The notes beneath the pieces were generated by a model. That model ran no database searches. It had not been told where the DNA came from and saw only the letters and a program-made list of their open reading frames with translations. DNA of 64,000 bases from a bacterium (GTDB taxonomy: Bacteria; Patescibacteriota; Microgenomatia; Woykebacterales; RBG-16-39-9b). Shown here piece after piece: positions 37,747 to 47,131 of this stretch; the first letter of the stretch is position 1; every line of letters begins with the position of its first letter. The stretch covers positions 586,460 to 650,459 of the forward strand of contig JAUYID010000009.1 in the NCBI GenBank assembly GCA_030704665.1, in the 5' to 3' direction. The position numbers and the translations under genes were made by a program.

Positions 37747-39165
37747 TTATTCAAGCTCCGGCTTTTGTTTGTAATAAGCTGTTTCTTGTTCAAAGGCGTG
37801 AGCCAGTTTCAGTATTTTTTCCTCTTCCCAGTGGGCCGCCTGCAGCTGTAAACCTACCGGCAGGCCAGAGGTAAAGCCGGCTGGGACTGAAAGGGCTGGA
37901 ATTCCAACTAAATTCGCGGTTACAGTGTAGATATCGGCCAGATACATACTCAGCGGGTCGTGGCTTCTCTCTCCAAATTTAAACGGCAAAACCGGGCTAG
38001 TCGGGCCTGCAATGATGTCAACCTTTTTGAAAACTTCTTGGAACTGCTCAAAAAGGACTCGACGCACTTTGGCAGCTTTGAGATAATAGGCATCATAATA
38101 ACCCGAGGAAAGGGCATAAGTTCCGAGCATAATCCGGCGCTTTACTTCCGGACCAAAATTCTCTCGCCCTTTTCCAAAACGAATTCCGTCGTAACGAGCC
38201 ATGTTGGCACTGACCTCAGAAGGCATGATCAAATAATAAATTCCAATCGCTTCCTTAGTTGCAGGTAGACTAACTTCCACTAGATCAGCGCCCAATTTTT
38301 CTATTTTTTTCAAAGCCGACTCAACGACATTTTTTACTTCAGTCTGCAAACCCTCCCCGAAAAATTCTTTTGGAACACCCACTTTCAAACCTTTAATTGA
38401 GGAAGCAAGATTTTTGCTGAAATCAGGTAGTTGTTTTTTCGCGCTTGTTGAATCGTACTTGTCATAACCACCGATTATGTTTAGCACCAGTGCTGCATCC
38501 TCAACAGTTTTCGTGATTGGTCCCACTTGGTCGAGCGAAGAAGCCATTGCTAGGACTCCATATCGGCTCACTCGTCCGTAGGTTGGTTTAAGCCCAACCA
38601 AGTTACAAAACGATGCTGGCTGACGAATACTACCACCGGTGTCTGTCCCAAGCGCAAAAACTGCCTGCTCTGTTGCAACAGCCGCCGCCGAGCCTCCACT
38701 TGACCCTCCTGGAACTTTCTCAAAATCCCAAGGATTGACTGTTTTACCCAAAGCTGAGTTTTCGGTTGAACCACCCATGGCAAACTCATCCAAATTTGTT
38801 TTTCCAAGCAAAACTGCGTGCACTTGCTCCAGTCGTGCGTAAGCAGTTGAGTTGTAAACCGGAATATAGTCTTCAAGAATTTTGGAGGCAGCAGTGGTCC
38901 GGATACCCTTGGTACTGATGATGTCTTTGACTGCAGCTGGAACACCGGTTAACCAACAAACTAGACCCTTATCCTTGCGAAGTTGGTCTGCCTTTTTGGC
39001 TTGTTCTAGGGCCAGCTCCTCGCTAACAGTCAAATAAGCCCCAATTTTTTTATCGAGCTTGGAAATTTTTTCCAGATGGTCTTTGGTGATTTCCAACGAG
39101 GTGAAGTCTCTTTTGTTTAAACCTTCTTCGACTTGTTTGATTGTCAAATTGGTTAAATTACTCAT
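37747..39165 (-). CDS. gatA: Asp-tRNA(Asn)/Glu-tRNA(Gln) amidotransferase subunit A
   Basis: 472 aa. Amidase signature GGSSGGSAAAVA and the Ser-cisSer-Lys context. Confidence 0.9.
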   Translation of the reverse strand: MSNLTNLTIKQVEEGLNKRDFTSLEITKDHLEKISKLDKKIGAYLTVSEELALEQAKKADQLRKDKGLVCWLTGVPAAVKDIISTKGIRTTAASKILEDYIPVYNSTAYARLEQVHAVLLGKTNLDEFAMGGSTENSALGKTVNPWDFEKVPGGSSGGSAAAVATEQAVFALGTDTGGSIRQPASFCNLVGLKPTYGRVSRYGVLAMASSLDQVGPITKTVEDAALVLNIIGGYDKYDSTSAKKQLPDFSKNLASSIKGLKVGVPKEFFGEGLQTEVKNVVESALKKIEKLGADLVEVSLPATKEAIGIYYLIMPSEVSANMARYDGIRFGKGRENFGPEVKRRIMLGTYALSSGYYDAYYLKAAKVRRVLFEQFQEVFKKVDIIAGPTSPVLPFKFGERSHDPLSMYLADIYTVTANLVGIPALSVPAGFTSGLPVGLQLQAAHWEEEKILKLAHAFEQETAYYKQKPELE

Positions 39166-39166
39166 T

Positions 39167-39457
39167 CTAAAGTACCGCTTTTACTTTGAAAAAGCCGTTG
39201 TGGGTCTCCTTGGAGTTTGCTAAAGCTTCTTCTTGGGTTAAACCAGGCTCCACCTCATCTTCAGCTAAAATATCCTCTAAGCCGGTTATATTGGTTATCG
39301 GTTCTATCTTGTTCGTGTCTACCTTTTTTAACTCACCCATATTGTAATCAATCACTTCGGAGAGTTGCTGGGTGTAAAGCTCAATTTCTTTTTCCGAAAG
39401 GGAAAGACTAGCCAGTTTAGCTACGTGTTTTACATCTTCTTGACTAATTTTTTCCAT
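39167..39457 (-). CDS. gatC: Asp-tRNA(Asn)/Glu-tRNA(Gln) amidotransferase subunit C
   Basis: 96 aa. ISQEDVKHVAKLASLSLSEKE is the typical GatC start. Directly upstream of gatA. Confidence 0.8.
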   Translation of the reverse strand: MEKISQEDVKHVAKLASLSLSEKEIELYTQQLSEVIDYNMGELKKVDTNKIEPITNITGLEDILAEDEVEPGLTQEEALANSKETHNGFFKVKAVL

Positions 39458-39458
39458 T

Positions 39459-40397
39459 TTACTGGCCTACCTCCATTGCTCGTAGAGCTTTGACTCTTTC
39501 TTCGATCGGTGGATGGGTGTTGAACAAACTGGCAAACCAACCGACTCCCCCACCGTGACCACCCTTCAAGGGGTTGACGATATAAAGATGGGCTGTACCT
39601 TTGTTGGCCACTTCAAGGGGTTCTTTGTCGCCAGAGATTTTGAGCAAGGCTTTGGCTAATCCCTCAGGATAGCGAGTCAGCAAAACCCCACTACTATCCG
39701 CCAAAAACTCCCTACGCCGGGAAATTGCCAGTTGAATCACTTGCGCGATTAGAGGGGAGAGAAGGGCCAAAATGATACCGACGACAAACAAGATAGCACC
39801 GACTCCGTTTCTTTCATCGTTGTTTCGGTGCTGACCCAACCAAGTCATTCTGAAAAAGACATCGGCAAGCAAAGCGACCAAACCGACCAGTATCGTCACT
39901 ACTGCCATCAAACGGGTGTCATAGTTGCCGACGTGAGACAGCTCGTGGGCCGCCACACCTTCAAGTTCTAGCTTATCAAGTTTTTGCAAAATTCCAGTAG
40001 TAAAACAAAGCACTGCATGCTTTGGATCCCTCCCAGTTGCAAAGGCATTGGGAGCGCTGTCCTCAATGGTGTAAATCTTCGGTTTTGGCAGCCCGGCAGC
40101 AATGCAGAGGTTTTCCACCACTCGATAAAGCTCGCGGTTGTTTTTCTCATCAACCGGGGTAGCCGCCGAAAGAGCTAGGATGATCTTGTCCGACCAGTAG
40201 TAGGAGGCAAAATTCATCACCCCAGCGATGATTAAAAAGATTCCGGTGAAGCCCAAGGCAGTTGGGTTGTCATAGCCCAAAGCTCGAGTCAATACAAAAG
40301 CGACAGCAACCACAAAAGTGGTAAAGAAAAGCATCAAAACCCAAGTTTTGCGTTTGTTGTTATCAATTTGATTGTAGGCGGTCAGAATTTGAGCCAT
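39459..40397 (-). CDS. htpX: M48-family zinc metalloprotease HtpX
   Basis: 312 aa. N-terminal TM helices and HELSHVGN (HExxH). Follows LemA, as often seen. Confidence 0.85.
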   Translation of the reverse strand: MAQILTAYNQIDNNKRKTWVLMLFFTTFVVAVAFVLTRALGYDNPTALGFTGIFLIIAGVMNFASYYWSDKIILALSAATPVDEKNNRELYRVVENLCIAAGLPKPKIYTIEDSAPNAFATGRDPKHAVLCFTTGILQKLDKLELEGVAAHELSHVGNYDTRLMAVVTILVGLVALLADVFFRMTWLGQHRNNDERNGVGAILFVVGIILALLSPLIAQVIQLAISRRREFLADSSGVLLTRYPEGLAKALLKISGDKEPLEVANKGTAHLYIVNPLKGGHGGGVGWFASLFNTHPPIEERVKALRAMEVGQ

Positions 40398-40453
40398 AAT
40401 CTATACCTGCCCCTGTATATTTGGCCAGCAATTTAACCTCTTAGATCTATATT

Positions 40454-41005
40454 TCAGAACTTGACTGCAACAGGCTTCTTCTCTTCTTCAGAAGCTGCAA
40501 AGAATTCGGTGGTCTTAAATCCAAAGACCCCGGCGATTAGGACAGTTGGGAAAACTTGTGTCTTGGTGTTGTAATCAAGTACATTAGCGTTGTAGAACTG
40601 TCGGCTGGCAGCAATTTTCGTTTCTGTGTCTGAGAGTTCTTGCTGTAGTTCTTTAAAATTCTCAGAGGCCTTTAGTTCTGGGTAAGCCTCAGCGACGGCA
40701 AAAAGAGATTTCAAAGCTCCGGTCAACATGTTGCTTGCTTCCCCTGCCTCTTTGGGATTACCCGCACTCATCAAAGCACTTCTTGCTTTGGTTACATTTT
40801 CAAAAACTTCCTTTTCGTGCTTGGCGTAACCCTTCACGGTTTCAAGCAAATTAGGAATAAGGTCTGTTCTTCTTTTGAGCTGAACATCAATACCGCTATA
40901 GCTTTCAGTAACCCTGTTTCTGGCTACAATCAGGCTGTTGTAAGTCATCCAAAGAAAACCAACAACCAGTACTAAAACCCCTAAAATTATGTACGTAGTT
41001 AGCAT
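40454..41005 (-). CDS. lemA: LemA family protein
   Basis: 183 aa. N-terminal TM helix plus the LemA pattern ([38 protein letters not shown]). Confidence 0.85.
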   Translation of the reverse strand: MLTTYIILGVLVLVVGFLWMTYNSLIVARNRVTESYSGIDVQLKRRTDLIPNLLETVKGYAKHEKEVFENVTKARSALMSAGNPKEAGEASNMLTGALKSLFAVAEAYPELKASENFKELQQELSDTETKIAASRQFYNANVLDYNTKTQVFPTVLIAGVFGFKTTEFFAASEEEKKPVAVKF

Positions 41006-41030
41006 TTCTTCCTCCTTAATTGAAGTTAAG

Positions 41031-42734
41031 CTATTTTATCCTTTTGAGTATACGCTTTATTTCAGGTAGTGACAAGGTGTTTATGATGTCTCCCTTTTCG
41101 CACCAACCGCGCCTAGCGACAGAAACTCCATATTCCATCAAGTTTAAGTGCGAGCTGTGGTGAGCATCGGTATCAATTGAAAATTTGACTCCGCTGTCCT
41201 TAGCCAACCTCACTAGGTTGTCAGGAAGATCCAGACGATTGGGAAAAGCGTTGATTTCAATGATTTTTCCCAGCTCCTGCGCCTTTTTAAAAATTATTTC
41301 CCATTCAGCCTCGATTCCTTCCCTTTCGAGAAGCATTCTTGCAGTTGGGTGACAGAGAATGTTCACCAGCGGGTGCTCCAAAGCAGTAATAATCCTTTCG
41401 GTCATTTCTTCTTTGGATTGGCGAAAAGCAGAATGAATAGAAACGAGAATGACCTCATGCATCTCCAAAATTGAATCAGGAACTTGTAGCGTCATATCAG
41501 CATTTATGTTTACTTCGAGTCCAGAAATTACTCTTATTCCTTTCACTGAACTATTTACCTGTTCTATTTCTTCAATACGTTTTTTAAAGTCAAGTAAATT
41601 TGGATAAGAATGATCTGACATAACCAGATACTCTCTGCCTAGTTCTTTGGCCTTTTTGGCCATAATTTCAATTACTTCTCGACCATCACTCCAAGTTGAG
41701 TGGCTATGTAAATCCCCTTTTATATCTTGCAATTCAACTAATTTTGGCAGTTTGTGTTCAAGCGCGGCTTCAATCTCACCTTGATCTTCTCGCAGTTCTG
41801 GAGCTGGGTAGTCCATTCCAAGCAAGTGGTAAACTTCTTCTTCTTTGGTGAACTTGTGCAGTTCGCCGGTTTTTACCTCTTTCGTACCGTTATCGGAAAC
41901 CGAGTAGCCTTTTTTGAGAGCCAAGGAACGCACTTTTATATTGTGATTTTTTCCACCCGTAAAGTGCTGCAAAAGGTTCCCATAAAGCTCAGGTGGTTGG
42001 ACCATGAGATCAACTCGGATACCGTTTTTTAAAGCAATAGTGCTAGTTTTATCTCCTGCCTCAACAACATGGGAGATGCCTGGTGTTTTGGCAAAATGAG
42101 CAACTACTTCTTCTGGTTTATTTGAGGCTACCGAAATATCAATATCTCCAACTGTAGCTAGCCTACGTCTTAAACTGCCGAGAGTATGGGCCTCTTTTAC
42201 CGAAGAGTGTTTTTTCAAATGCTCGATGACACCCTTAGCTATTTCCCCGGCCACCGGAAGAAGAATTCGATCACTCTTGCGTTTGTACTCCTCAACTCCC
42301 CGAAGAAGGTTGGCCAAGGATTTGCCGCTAAACTCTTTCACGAGTTTGTCTTTTTTAATTTTTTCTTCCAAATCATTGATGTCTTCGACCTTTGCTTCGG
42401 CTATTTTGAGCGCAGTTTTTGGCCCAACTCCCGGAATCTTTAGAAACTCAAAGAGGTTAGGTGGAACACCTTTGGAAACTTGCTCAAAGTGCTTGACTTT
42501 TCCCGTACTGAAAAGTTCATTGAGATAGCCGCGCAAACTTTTCCCCAAACCTGGGACATCATCGAGCTGAGCGGTTTCCCAAAGGTCCTTGATCTCAGAA
42601 TTGGTATGCTCCACACTATCAGCCGCCAAATCATAAGCCCGAATTTGGAAAGAATTCATATTTTTGATTTGATAGACAGCAGAAATATTGCGAAAAAGAT
42701 CAGCAACTTCTTTGTTGGAAAAATTGTAGGACAT
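41031..42734 (-). CDS. polX: DNA polymerase X family protein with C-terminal PHP phosphoesterase domain
   Basis: 567 aa. Pol-beta-like HhH and nucleotidyltransferase region ([15 protein letters not shown]), then the PHP domain ([12 protein letters not shown]). Confidence 0.85.
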   Translation of the reverse strand: MSYNFSNKEVADLFRNISAVYQIKNMNSFQIRAYDLAADSVEHTNSEIKDLWETAQLDDVPGLGKSLRGYLNELFSTGKVKHFEQVSKGVPPNLFEFLKIPGVGPKTALKIAEAKVEDINDLEEKIKKDKLVKEFSGKSLANLLRGVEEYKRKSDRILLPVAGEIAKGVIEHLKKHSSVKEAHTLGSLRRRLATVGDIDISVASNKPEEVVAHFAKTPGISHVVEAGDKTSTIALKNGIRVDLMVQPPELYGNLLQHFTGGKNHNIKVRSLALKKGYSVSDNGTKEVKTGELHKFTKEEEVYHLLGMDYPAPELREDQGEIEAALEHKLPKLVELQDIKGDLHSHSTWSDGREVIEIMAKKAKELGREYLVMSDHSYPNLLDFKKRIEEIEQVNSSVKGIRVISGLEVNINADMTLQVPDSILEMHEVILVSIHSAFRQSKEEMTERIITALEHPLVNILCHPTARMLLEREGIEAEWEIIFKKAQELGKIIEINAFPNRLDLPDNLVRLAKDSGVKFSIDTDAHHSSHLNLMEYGVSVARRGWCEKGDIINTLSLPEIKRILKRIK

Positions 42735-42833
42735 TTAAATTGATTTTAACAAAAGTTGAAGAGGAAATCCCGCGCAGTCGTCGCAAGTTGTTGTGCGCAA
42801 CATGTAACGACCACGCGGCTCTCCTTCCCCTGC

Positions 42834-43466
42834 CTATCTCACCCGTTTATGGAGCTCTTCGTCGACACGGACAGCTCCATTCTCGTCAGTGTAGAACAAA
42901 CGCACGAAAGGCACCCCAGACTCCCTGATTCTATCCCCTCCCCGCTCGTGGCGTTCAACTACAGTAGCCACACCAACCACCTCAGCTCCTTCTCCTCGTA
43001 CTATTTCTGCGGTATAGAGCAAGGAAGAGGCGGTTGTGACCGTATCTTCGATCAAGACGACCCGACAACCGGGACGCAAAAGTGGTCCGCCGTCGTCAGC
43101 CACCGAAGCCGAGATCGTCTTCTCTTCCTTAAGACCGTGGGTTTTACTCTCTCGACGCACGAAAAAGCTGGGAATGACCGCACCCATGTCACGAGCCGCA
43201 GCAGTAAGTGCGGCGGTAACTGGAATTGCCCCTGACTCTTTACCACCGACGGCGTCTGGCCGCATCCTTATCACCGCTGGGGCTAGCAGTTTGCCAATGC
43301 TTGAGGCAAAGTTTGGGTGCAGACTGAGCAGTCGCAGGTTGCAGTAATAGTTGCTTTCTACCGCAGTCAAGCGAATTGGACTGTCGTGGTGGCTAATCGC
43401 AAACCTCTGAATGCTCTCCCGCAACATCTCGACTTCAAAAGCATCAACTCCCCACTGAATCGGCAT
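42834..43466 (-). CDS. pyrE: orotate phosphoribosyltransferase (GC-rich island)
   Basis: 210 aa. PRPP-binding motif VVLIEDTVTTASS and the type-I PRTase fold pattern. Coding GC is far above the window background. Confidence 0.8.
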   Translation of the reverse strand: MPIQWGVDAFEVEMLRESIQRFAISHHDSPIRLTAVESNYYCNLRLLSLHPNFASSIGKLLAPAVIRMRPDAVGGKESGAIPVTAALTAAARDMGAVIPSFFVRRESKTHGLKEEKTISASVADDGGPLLRPGCRVVLIEDTVTTASSLLYTAEIVRGEGAEVVGVATVVERHERGGDRIRESGVPFVRLFYTDENGAVRVDEELHKRVR

Positions 43467-43503
43467 TTCACTCTCTCCTCAATAAGGCAAGGTTGCCTCC
43501 TCC

Positions 43504-44475
43504 TCAGGTCGACGAACCGAGAGATACCAAAGCCGCGTGGGCACTTCTGATCCTCTCGATCTCCGACGAGTAGAACTCCGCCGCCCGCGCTGCCGCCTCG
43601 GCGAAATTCGCCGGGTCCGCCTTGAACTGGTCGCTCAGGTAGGCGTAGAGCACAGCGCTGCTCACATTGACGACGAAGTCAGCAGGTAGGTCAGTACTGA
43701 ACGCGCCCTCGACCGCTCTCTCAAGGTCGCCTCCTTGCGCACCGACACCAGGGATAAGGAACGGCAGTTGTGGTGCAATCTTGCGAACCTGCGCCAACTC
43801 CTCCGGATAGGTCGCCCCGACCACTAGACCACAGTTGCCGGTACCATTCCACCCAGTGGCAACCTTGTGAGCTACCACCTGATAGAGTGGCACGATCTGC
43901 TGACCAGGTATCTTCTGCTCGACTCCTGAAATCAGAGAATCCCCGGTGAGAATGCAGGGTAGGTCCTGGAATTCGGGCGCTCCTGGGTTGGTTGTGCGGC
44001 AGAGCACGTAGAAGCCACGGTCATCGCAGTCTGTAAAGACTTGTCCCGCGCCCTTCCACCCCAGGTAGTTGTGGAGAGTAACGGCATCGAAACCGAGCTG
44101 GCCGAAGAGGGCTTCGACGTAGGCCCTGTTGGTATTGCCGATGTCGCCACGTTTGGCGTCGCCGATAATTGGCATCTCTGAATCGAGGCGGTGAATCTCG
44201 TCGATAACAGACTTCAGCGTTGGCCAACCAGATTCTCCGAGGGCCTCGAAGAAGGCGACGTTGACCTTGAAGACTGCTGCGTGACGAACAGTCGCACGGA
44301 CGATCCTGAGACAGAAGTCGCCAACACTGACTCCCTCAGGGATCTTCTTCGTGTCAGGATCAACCCCAACACAGAGACGTTTGCCAACCTCCGCTTTGGC
44401 TGCCAGTTTCTGAAGATAACTACTCACTGTCTTCCAAACTCCTACTAGCCGCTTACGCAGCTGCCTACCGATCAA
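43504..44475 (-). CDS. pyrF: orotidine-5'-phosphate decarboxylase, long (type-2) form (GC-rich island)
   Basis: 323 aa. LCVGVDPD...IIGDAKRGDIGNT is the OMPdecase catalytic motif (DxKxxDIxxT). About 65-70% GC locally. Confidence 0.75.
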   Translation of the reverse strand: MIGRQLRKRLVGVWKTVSSYLQKLAAKAEVGKRLCVGVDPDTKKIPEGVSVGDFCLRIVRATVRHAAVFKVNVAFFEALGESGWPTLKSVIDEIHRLDSEMPIIGDAKRGDIGNTNRAYVEALFGQLGFDAVTLHNYLGWKGAGQVFTDCDDRGFYVLCRTTNPGAPEFQDLPCILTGDSLISGVEQKIPGQQIVPLYQVVAHKVATGWNGTGNCGLVVGATYPEELAQVRKIAPQLPFLIPGVGAQGGDLERAVEGAFSTDLPADFVVNVSSAVLYAYLSDQFKADPANFAEAAARAAEFYSSEIERIRSAHAALVSLGSST

Positions 44476-44549
44476 CTATTCAGTTGTCGTGTTCACAAAG
44501 GATTATACAAACAGACTATGAGATAAAAAAGAGGGGAAATTTGTTTAAA

Positions 44550-44625
44550 TGGCGGGCCCGACCGGGTTCGAACCGGCGATCTCCTCTTCGACAGAGAGGC
44601 ATGTTAACCGCTACACCACGGGCCC
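44550..44625 (-). tRNA. tRNA-Asp (anticodon GTC)
   Basis: Reverse-complement cloverleaf. Acceptor GGGCCCG, anticodon stem CCTCT/AGAGG with loop CTGTCGA, T-arm GCCGG-TTCGAAC-CCGGT, encoded CCA. Confidence 0.9.
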
Positions 44626-44664
44626 ACTAAGTTAAATGGCAAAACTTTCTTAAACTTTTAACGA

Positions 44665-44717
44665 ACGGGCGAGCTCTTCACTGGTGCAGAGTGCGAAACG
44701 AGCTACACCAGAGGCCC
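44665..44717 (-). pseudogene. degenerate tRNA-like remnant adjacent to tRNA-Asp
   Basis: The minus strand reads GGGCCTCTGGTGTAGCTCG...GCCCGTTCGTTAA. Acceptor and D-arm resemble tRNA-Asp (GGGCCCGTGGTGTAGCGG) and there is a T-arm-like GTTCG, but no consistent anticodon arm could be folded. Confidence 0.3.
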
Positions 44718-44900
44718 TTGCAAGGTGCCTAGTTTAACAAATCGTCAACCGTCAGTCAATTTACCTAGTTGACAAGGTCTTGAATTTTATGTTTACTAAA
44801 AGACAGCACGAAAGAACAGAAGTTTGTTTTTGCCCACGGTCCTTTTTCTGCCAAGTCAGCCCAACTTAAATTTTAACTATTCTCGGAGGTATTAAAACGT

Positions 44901-45464
44901 ATGGATTTGATGAAGTTTTTTAAGGAAAGACAGTCTGCTTTAGCTTCAGGTCTGGCCGCAATTATCATTATCGTGGTTGGGATTTTTCTCTTCAATGCTA
45001 ATACAGGCAAAATCACGGACAAAGAAAAAACTCCGGAAACAACCAGTACCAAAACTGAAAACAAATCAAACTCAAACCAAGAAGGAAACCGAGATGGGAA
45101 AGGCAAAAAAACTGTCACTTATCATGTCAATTCTGGCGACAGTCTTTCTTCTATTGCCAAGAGTTTCTACGGTGACGGTAACAAATGGACTCTCCTCGCC
45201 AAGACCAACAAACTAGCCAATCCAAGTGTAATTCACGTGGGAAATGTTTTGACTATCCCCAGCGCTTCAGCAGCAATAGCAGCAGTGCCACAAACCTACA
45301 CCGTGGTCCGCGGTGACAATCTTTGGGATCTGGCAAGCCGCTTCTATGGAAGTGGTTACCAATGGTTCAAGATTCGCGATGCCAACAAAGACAAGGTTGG
45401 GACCCTAGCCAACGGTCGACCTCTGATCACACCCGGTCTGGCTCTGAAAATTCCCGCTAACTGA
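44901..45464 (+). CDS. LysM-domain protein (two LysM repeats) with N-terminal membrane anchor
   Basis: 187 aa. TM helix, low-complexity linker, two LysM motifs (TYHVNSGDSLSSIAKSFYGDGNKW...; TYTVVRGDNLWDLASRFYGSGYQW...). Confidence 0.8.
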   Translation: MDLMKFFKERQSALASGLAAIIIIVVGIFLFNANTGKITDKEKTPETTSTKTENKSNSNQEGNRDGKGKKTVTYHVNSGDSLSSIAKSFYGDGNKWTLLAKTNKLANPSVIHVGNVLTIPSASAAIAAVPQTYTVVRGDNLWDLASRFYGSGYQWFKIRDANKDKVGTLANGRPLITPGLALKIPAN

Positions 45465-45541
45465 TATTCTAGTTGAAGCTAGAAGCAAAAAGCTGTAAAC
45501 TTGTTAGAGACTTTTAATCTAGCGAGGCTAGTTCAGCGTCT

Positions 45542-45601
45542 GCGGGAGTAGTTCAGCGGTAGGCTAGTCTAAAGACTGGTCCTACCGCTTCCTACTCACG
45601 C
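45542..45601 (+). repeat. partial duplicate of the tRNA-Gly 5' portion folded back on its own complement (60-nt imperfect hairpin) immediately upstream of tRNA-Gly
   Basis: GCGGGAGTAGTTCAGCGGTAGG equals tRNA-Gly positions 1-21 plus G. It is followed by a loop hairpin (AGTCT.AGACT) and then CCTACCGC...CTACTCACGC, the near-perfect reverse complement. TAGTTCAGCG occurs three times in 45528-45627. Confidence 0.6.
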
Positions 45602-45612
45602 AAACCTTGTCT

Positions 45613-45687
45613 GCGGGAGTAGTTCAGCGGTAGAATGCTTCCTTCCCAAGGAAGAGGTCGCCGGTTCGAATCCGGTCTCCCGCTCCA
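45613..45687 (+). tRNA. tRNA-Gly (anticodon CCC)
   Basis: Acceptor GCGGGAG/CTCCCGC, anticodon stem CTTCC/GGAAG with loop TTCCCAA, T-arm GCCGG-TTCGAAT-CCGGT, encoded CCA. Confidence 0.9.
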
Positions 45688-45703
45688 AGGCTCCTTGATC
45701 AAA

Positions 45704-46957
45704 ATGAAAGAATCTGCTCAAACTGAAATAGTGATCTTAGGAGGCGGCTTTGGCGGTGTGATCACTGCCAAATACTTACTGCGCAAACTTCTTTCTGGCT
45801 TTCACATTACCTTAGTGGACAAACACGAATATCAGGATTTCCACGCTGATCTTTATGAAGTTGCTAGTTCCTGGATCGAGGAAGACCATCGTGGCAAACA
45901 CGATTATCACGATATAGTTGGAACTGTCAGCTTACCTTACAAGGACATTTTCTCTGACAACAAAAATATCACAACCTTGGCTGATGAAGTAGTTGAAATT
46001 GACTTAAAGAGACGGAAAGTTAAACTCTCTTCGGAGAAAATTCTTGACTATAATTATTTAGTAGTGGCTCTTGGTTCGGAATCGAATTTTTTTGGAATCC
46101 CAAACCTAGAGGAACATTCCTTTGCCCTCAAATCAGTCGATGATGCCATGAATCTTCGTAACGAGATCGAAGAAAGGTTTTTTGATCCCAACCCCGAACT
46201 TAATATTCTCATCGGTGGTGGGGGTTTTACTGGAGTTGAACTGGCAGCAGAACTGACCAATTTTATTGGTAAAATCTGCAAAAATAAGAACCTGCCTCAA
46301 ACCGGTGTCACAATCACTATTCTTGAGGCAACTGAGGGCCTTCTCGGAGGTGCAGAAGACTGGTCGAAAAAACTAACTCAAAAGCGTCTGGAAAAACTTG
46401 GTGTCAAGGTCAGGCTAAATTCACCAATTAAAAACGTAACAAAAACCCATGTGGAACTTGCTAACCAAGAAAAGCTTAGTTACGACATTCTGGTTTGGAC
46501 TGCCGGAGTGAAGGGAAATCACATTTTAGCCAAAACCGAAGGCTTTGAGATCACAAAAATGGGTTCAATTGTGGTTGATAAGTATCTGAAAGCAAAAAAT
46601 CTCGACAATGTTTTCGCTCTCGGGGATGCAGCAACTTATTTTGAAGAAAACAGCAAACCTGCTCCCCCAACTGCCCAAAAGGCAATCCACGAGGGCAAAC
46701 TAGTTGCCAGCAACTTAGCAAACCAACTTCTTGATTACCCACTACTGCCTTACAAAAGCAAAAAACCTACTTTTATGATTCCTTTGGGTGGGAAATACGC
46801 ACTTGGAAAAATCGGTCCGGTGAAATTCACAGGTTTGGCTGGTTGGATCGTCCGAGAACTCATTGCTTTACGCTATTTTTCTACTATCTTACCTTTCTCA
46901 GTAGCCTTTGACCTTTGGCTTGATGGCGTCCGGGTCTTTGAACGTAATGACAGCTAA
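45704..46957 (+). CDS. ndh: type II NADH dehydrogenase (NDH-2) / FAD-dependent pyridine nucleotide-disulfide oxidoreductase
   Basis: Two Rossmann GxGxxG sites (VILGGGFGGV and ILIGGGGFTGVE). 417 aa. Start trimmed to the first ATG after tRNA-Gly. Confidence 0.8.
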   Translation: MKESAQTEIVILGGGFGGVITAKYLLRKLLSGFHITLVDKHEYQDFHADLYEVASSWIEEDHRGKHDYHDIVGTVSLPYKDIFSDNKNITTLADEVVEIDLKRRKVKLSSEKILDYNYLVVALGSESNFFGIPNLEEHSFALKSVDDAMNLRNEIEERFFDPNPELNILIGGGGFTGVELAAELTNFIGKICKNKNLPQTGVTITILEATEGLLGGAEDWSKKLTQKRLEKLGVKVRLNSPIKNVTKTHVELANQEKLSYDILVWTAGVKGNHILAKTEGFEITKMGSIVVDKYLKAKNLDNVFALGDAATYFEENSKPAPPTAQKAIHEGKLVASNLANQLLDYPLLPYKSKKPTFMIPLGGKYALGKIGPVKFTGLAGWIVRELIALRYFSTILPFSVAFDLWLDGVRVFERNDS

Positions 46958-47048
46958 GGTATAATGTTCCCACTTAAAAACCTAATTTAACTGTGATATT
47001 ATCCCGATGTAGGAACCTGAGATTCAGAACCCTGCGTCGTCAACTCTT

Positions 47049-47123
47049 GCCGATGTAGCTCAGTGGTAGAGCAACGCTTTCGTAAAGCGTGGGTCAGAGG
47101 TTCAAATCCTCTCATCGGCTCCA
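47049..47123 (+). tRNA. tRNA-Thr (anticodon CGT)
   Basis: Acceptor GCCGATG/CATCGGC, D-arm GCTC..GAGC, anticodon stem ACGCT/AGCGT with loop TTCGTAA, T-arm AGAGG-TTCAAAT-CCTCT, encoded CCA. Confidence 0.9.
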
Positions 47124-47131
47124 AGGCTCAA

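Noticed and set aside
45635-45703. The N-terminal 23 codons of the track ORF 45635-46957 (MLPSQGRGRRFESGLPLQGSLIK...).
   Set aside because: This stretch is the translated 3' half of tRNA-Gly. The dehydrogenase clearly starts at the ATG at 45704, just after the tRNA. The same correction was applied at 47063-47131 (tRNA-Thr overlap).
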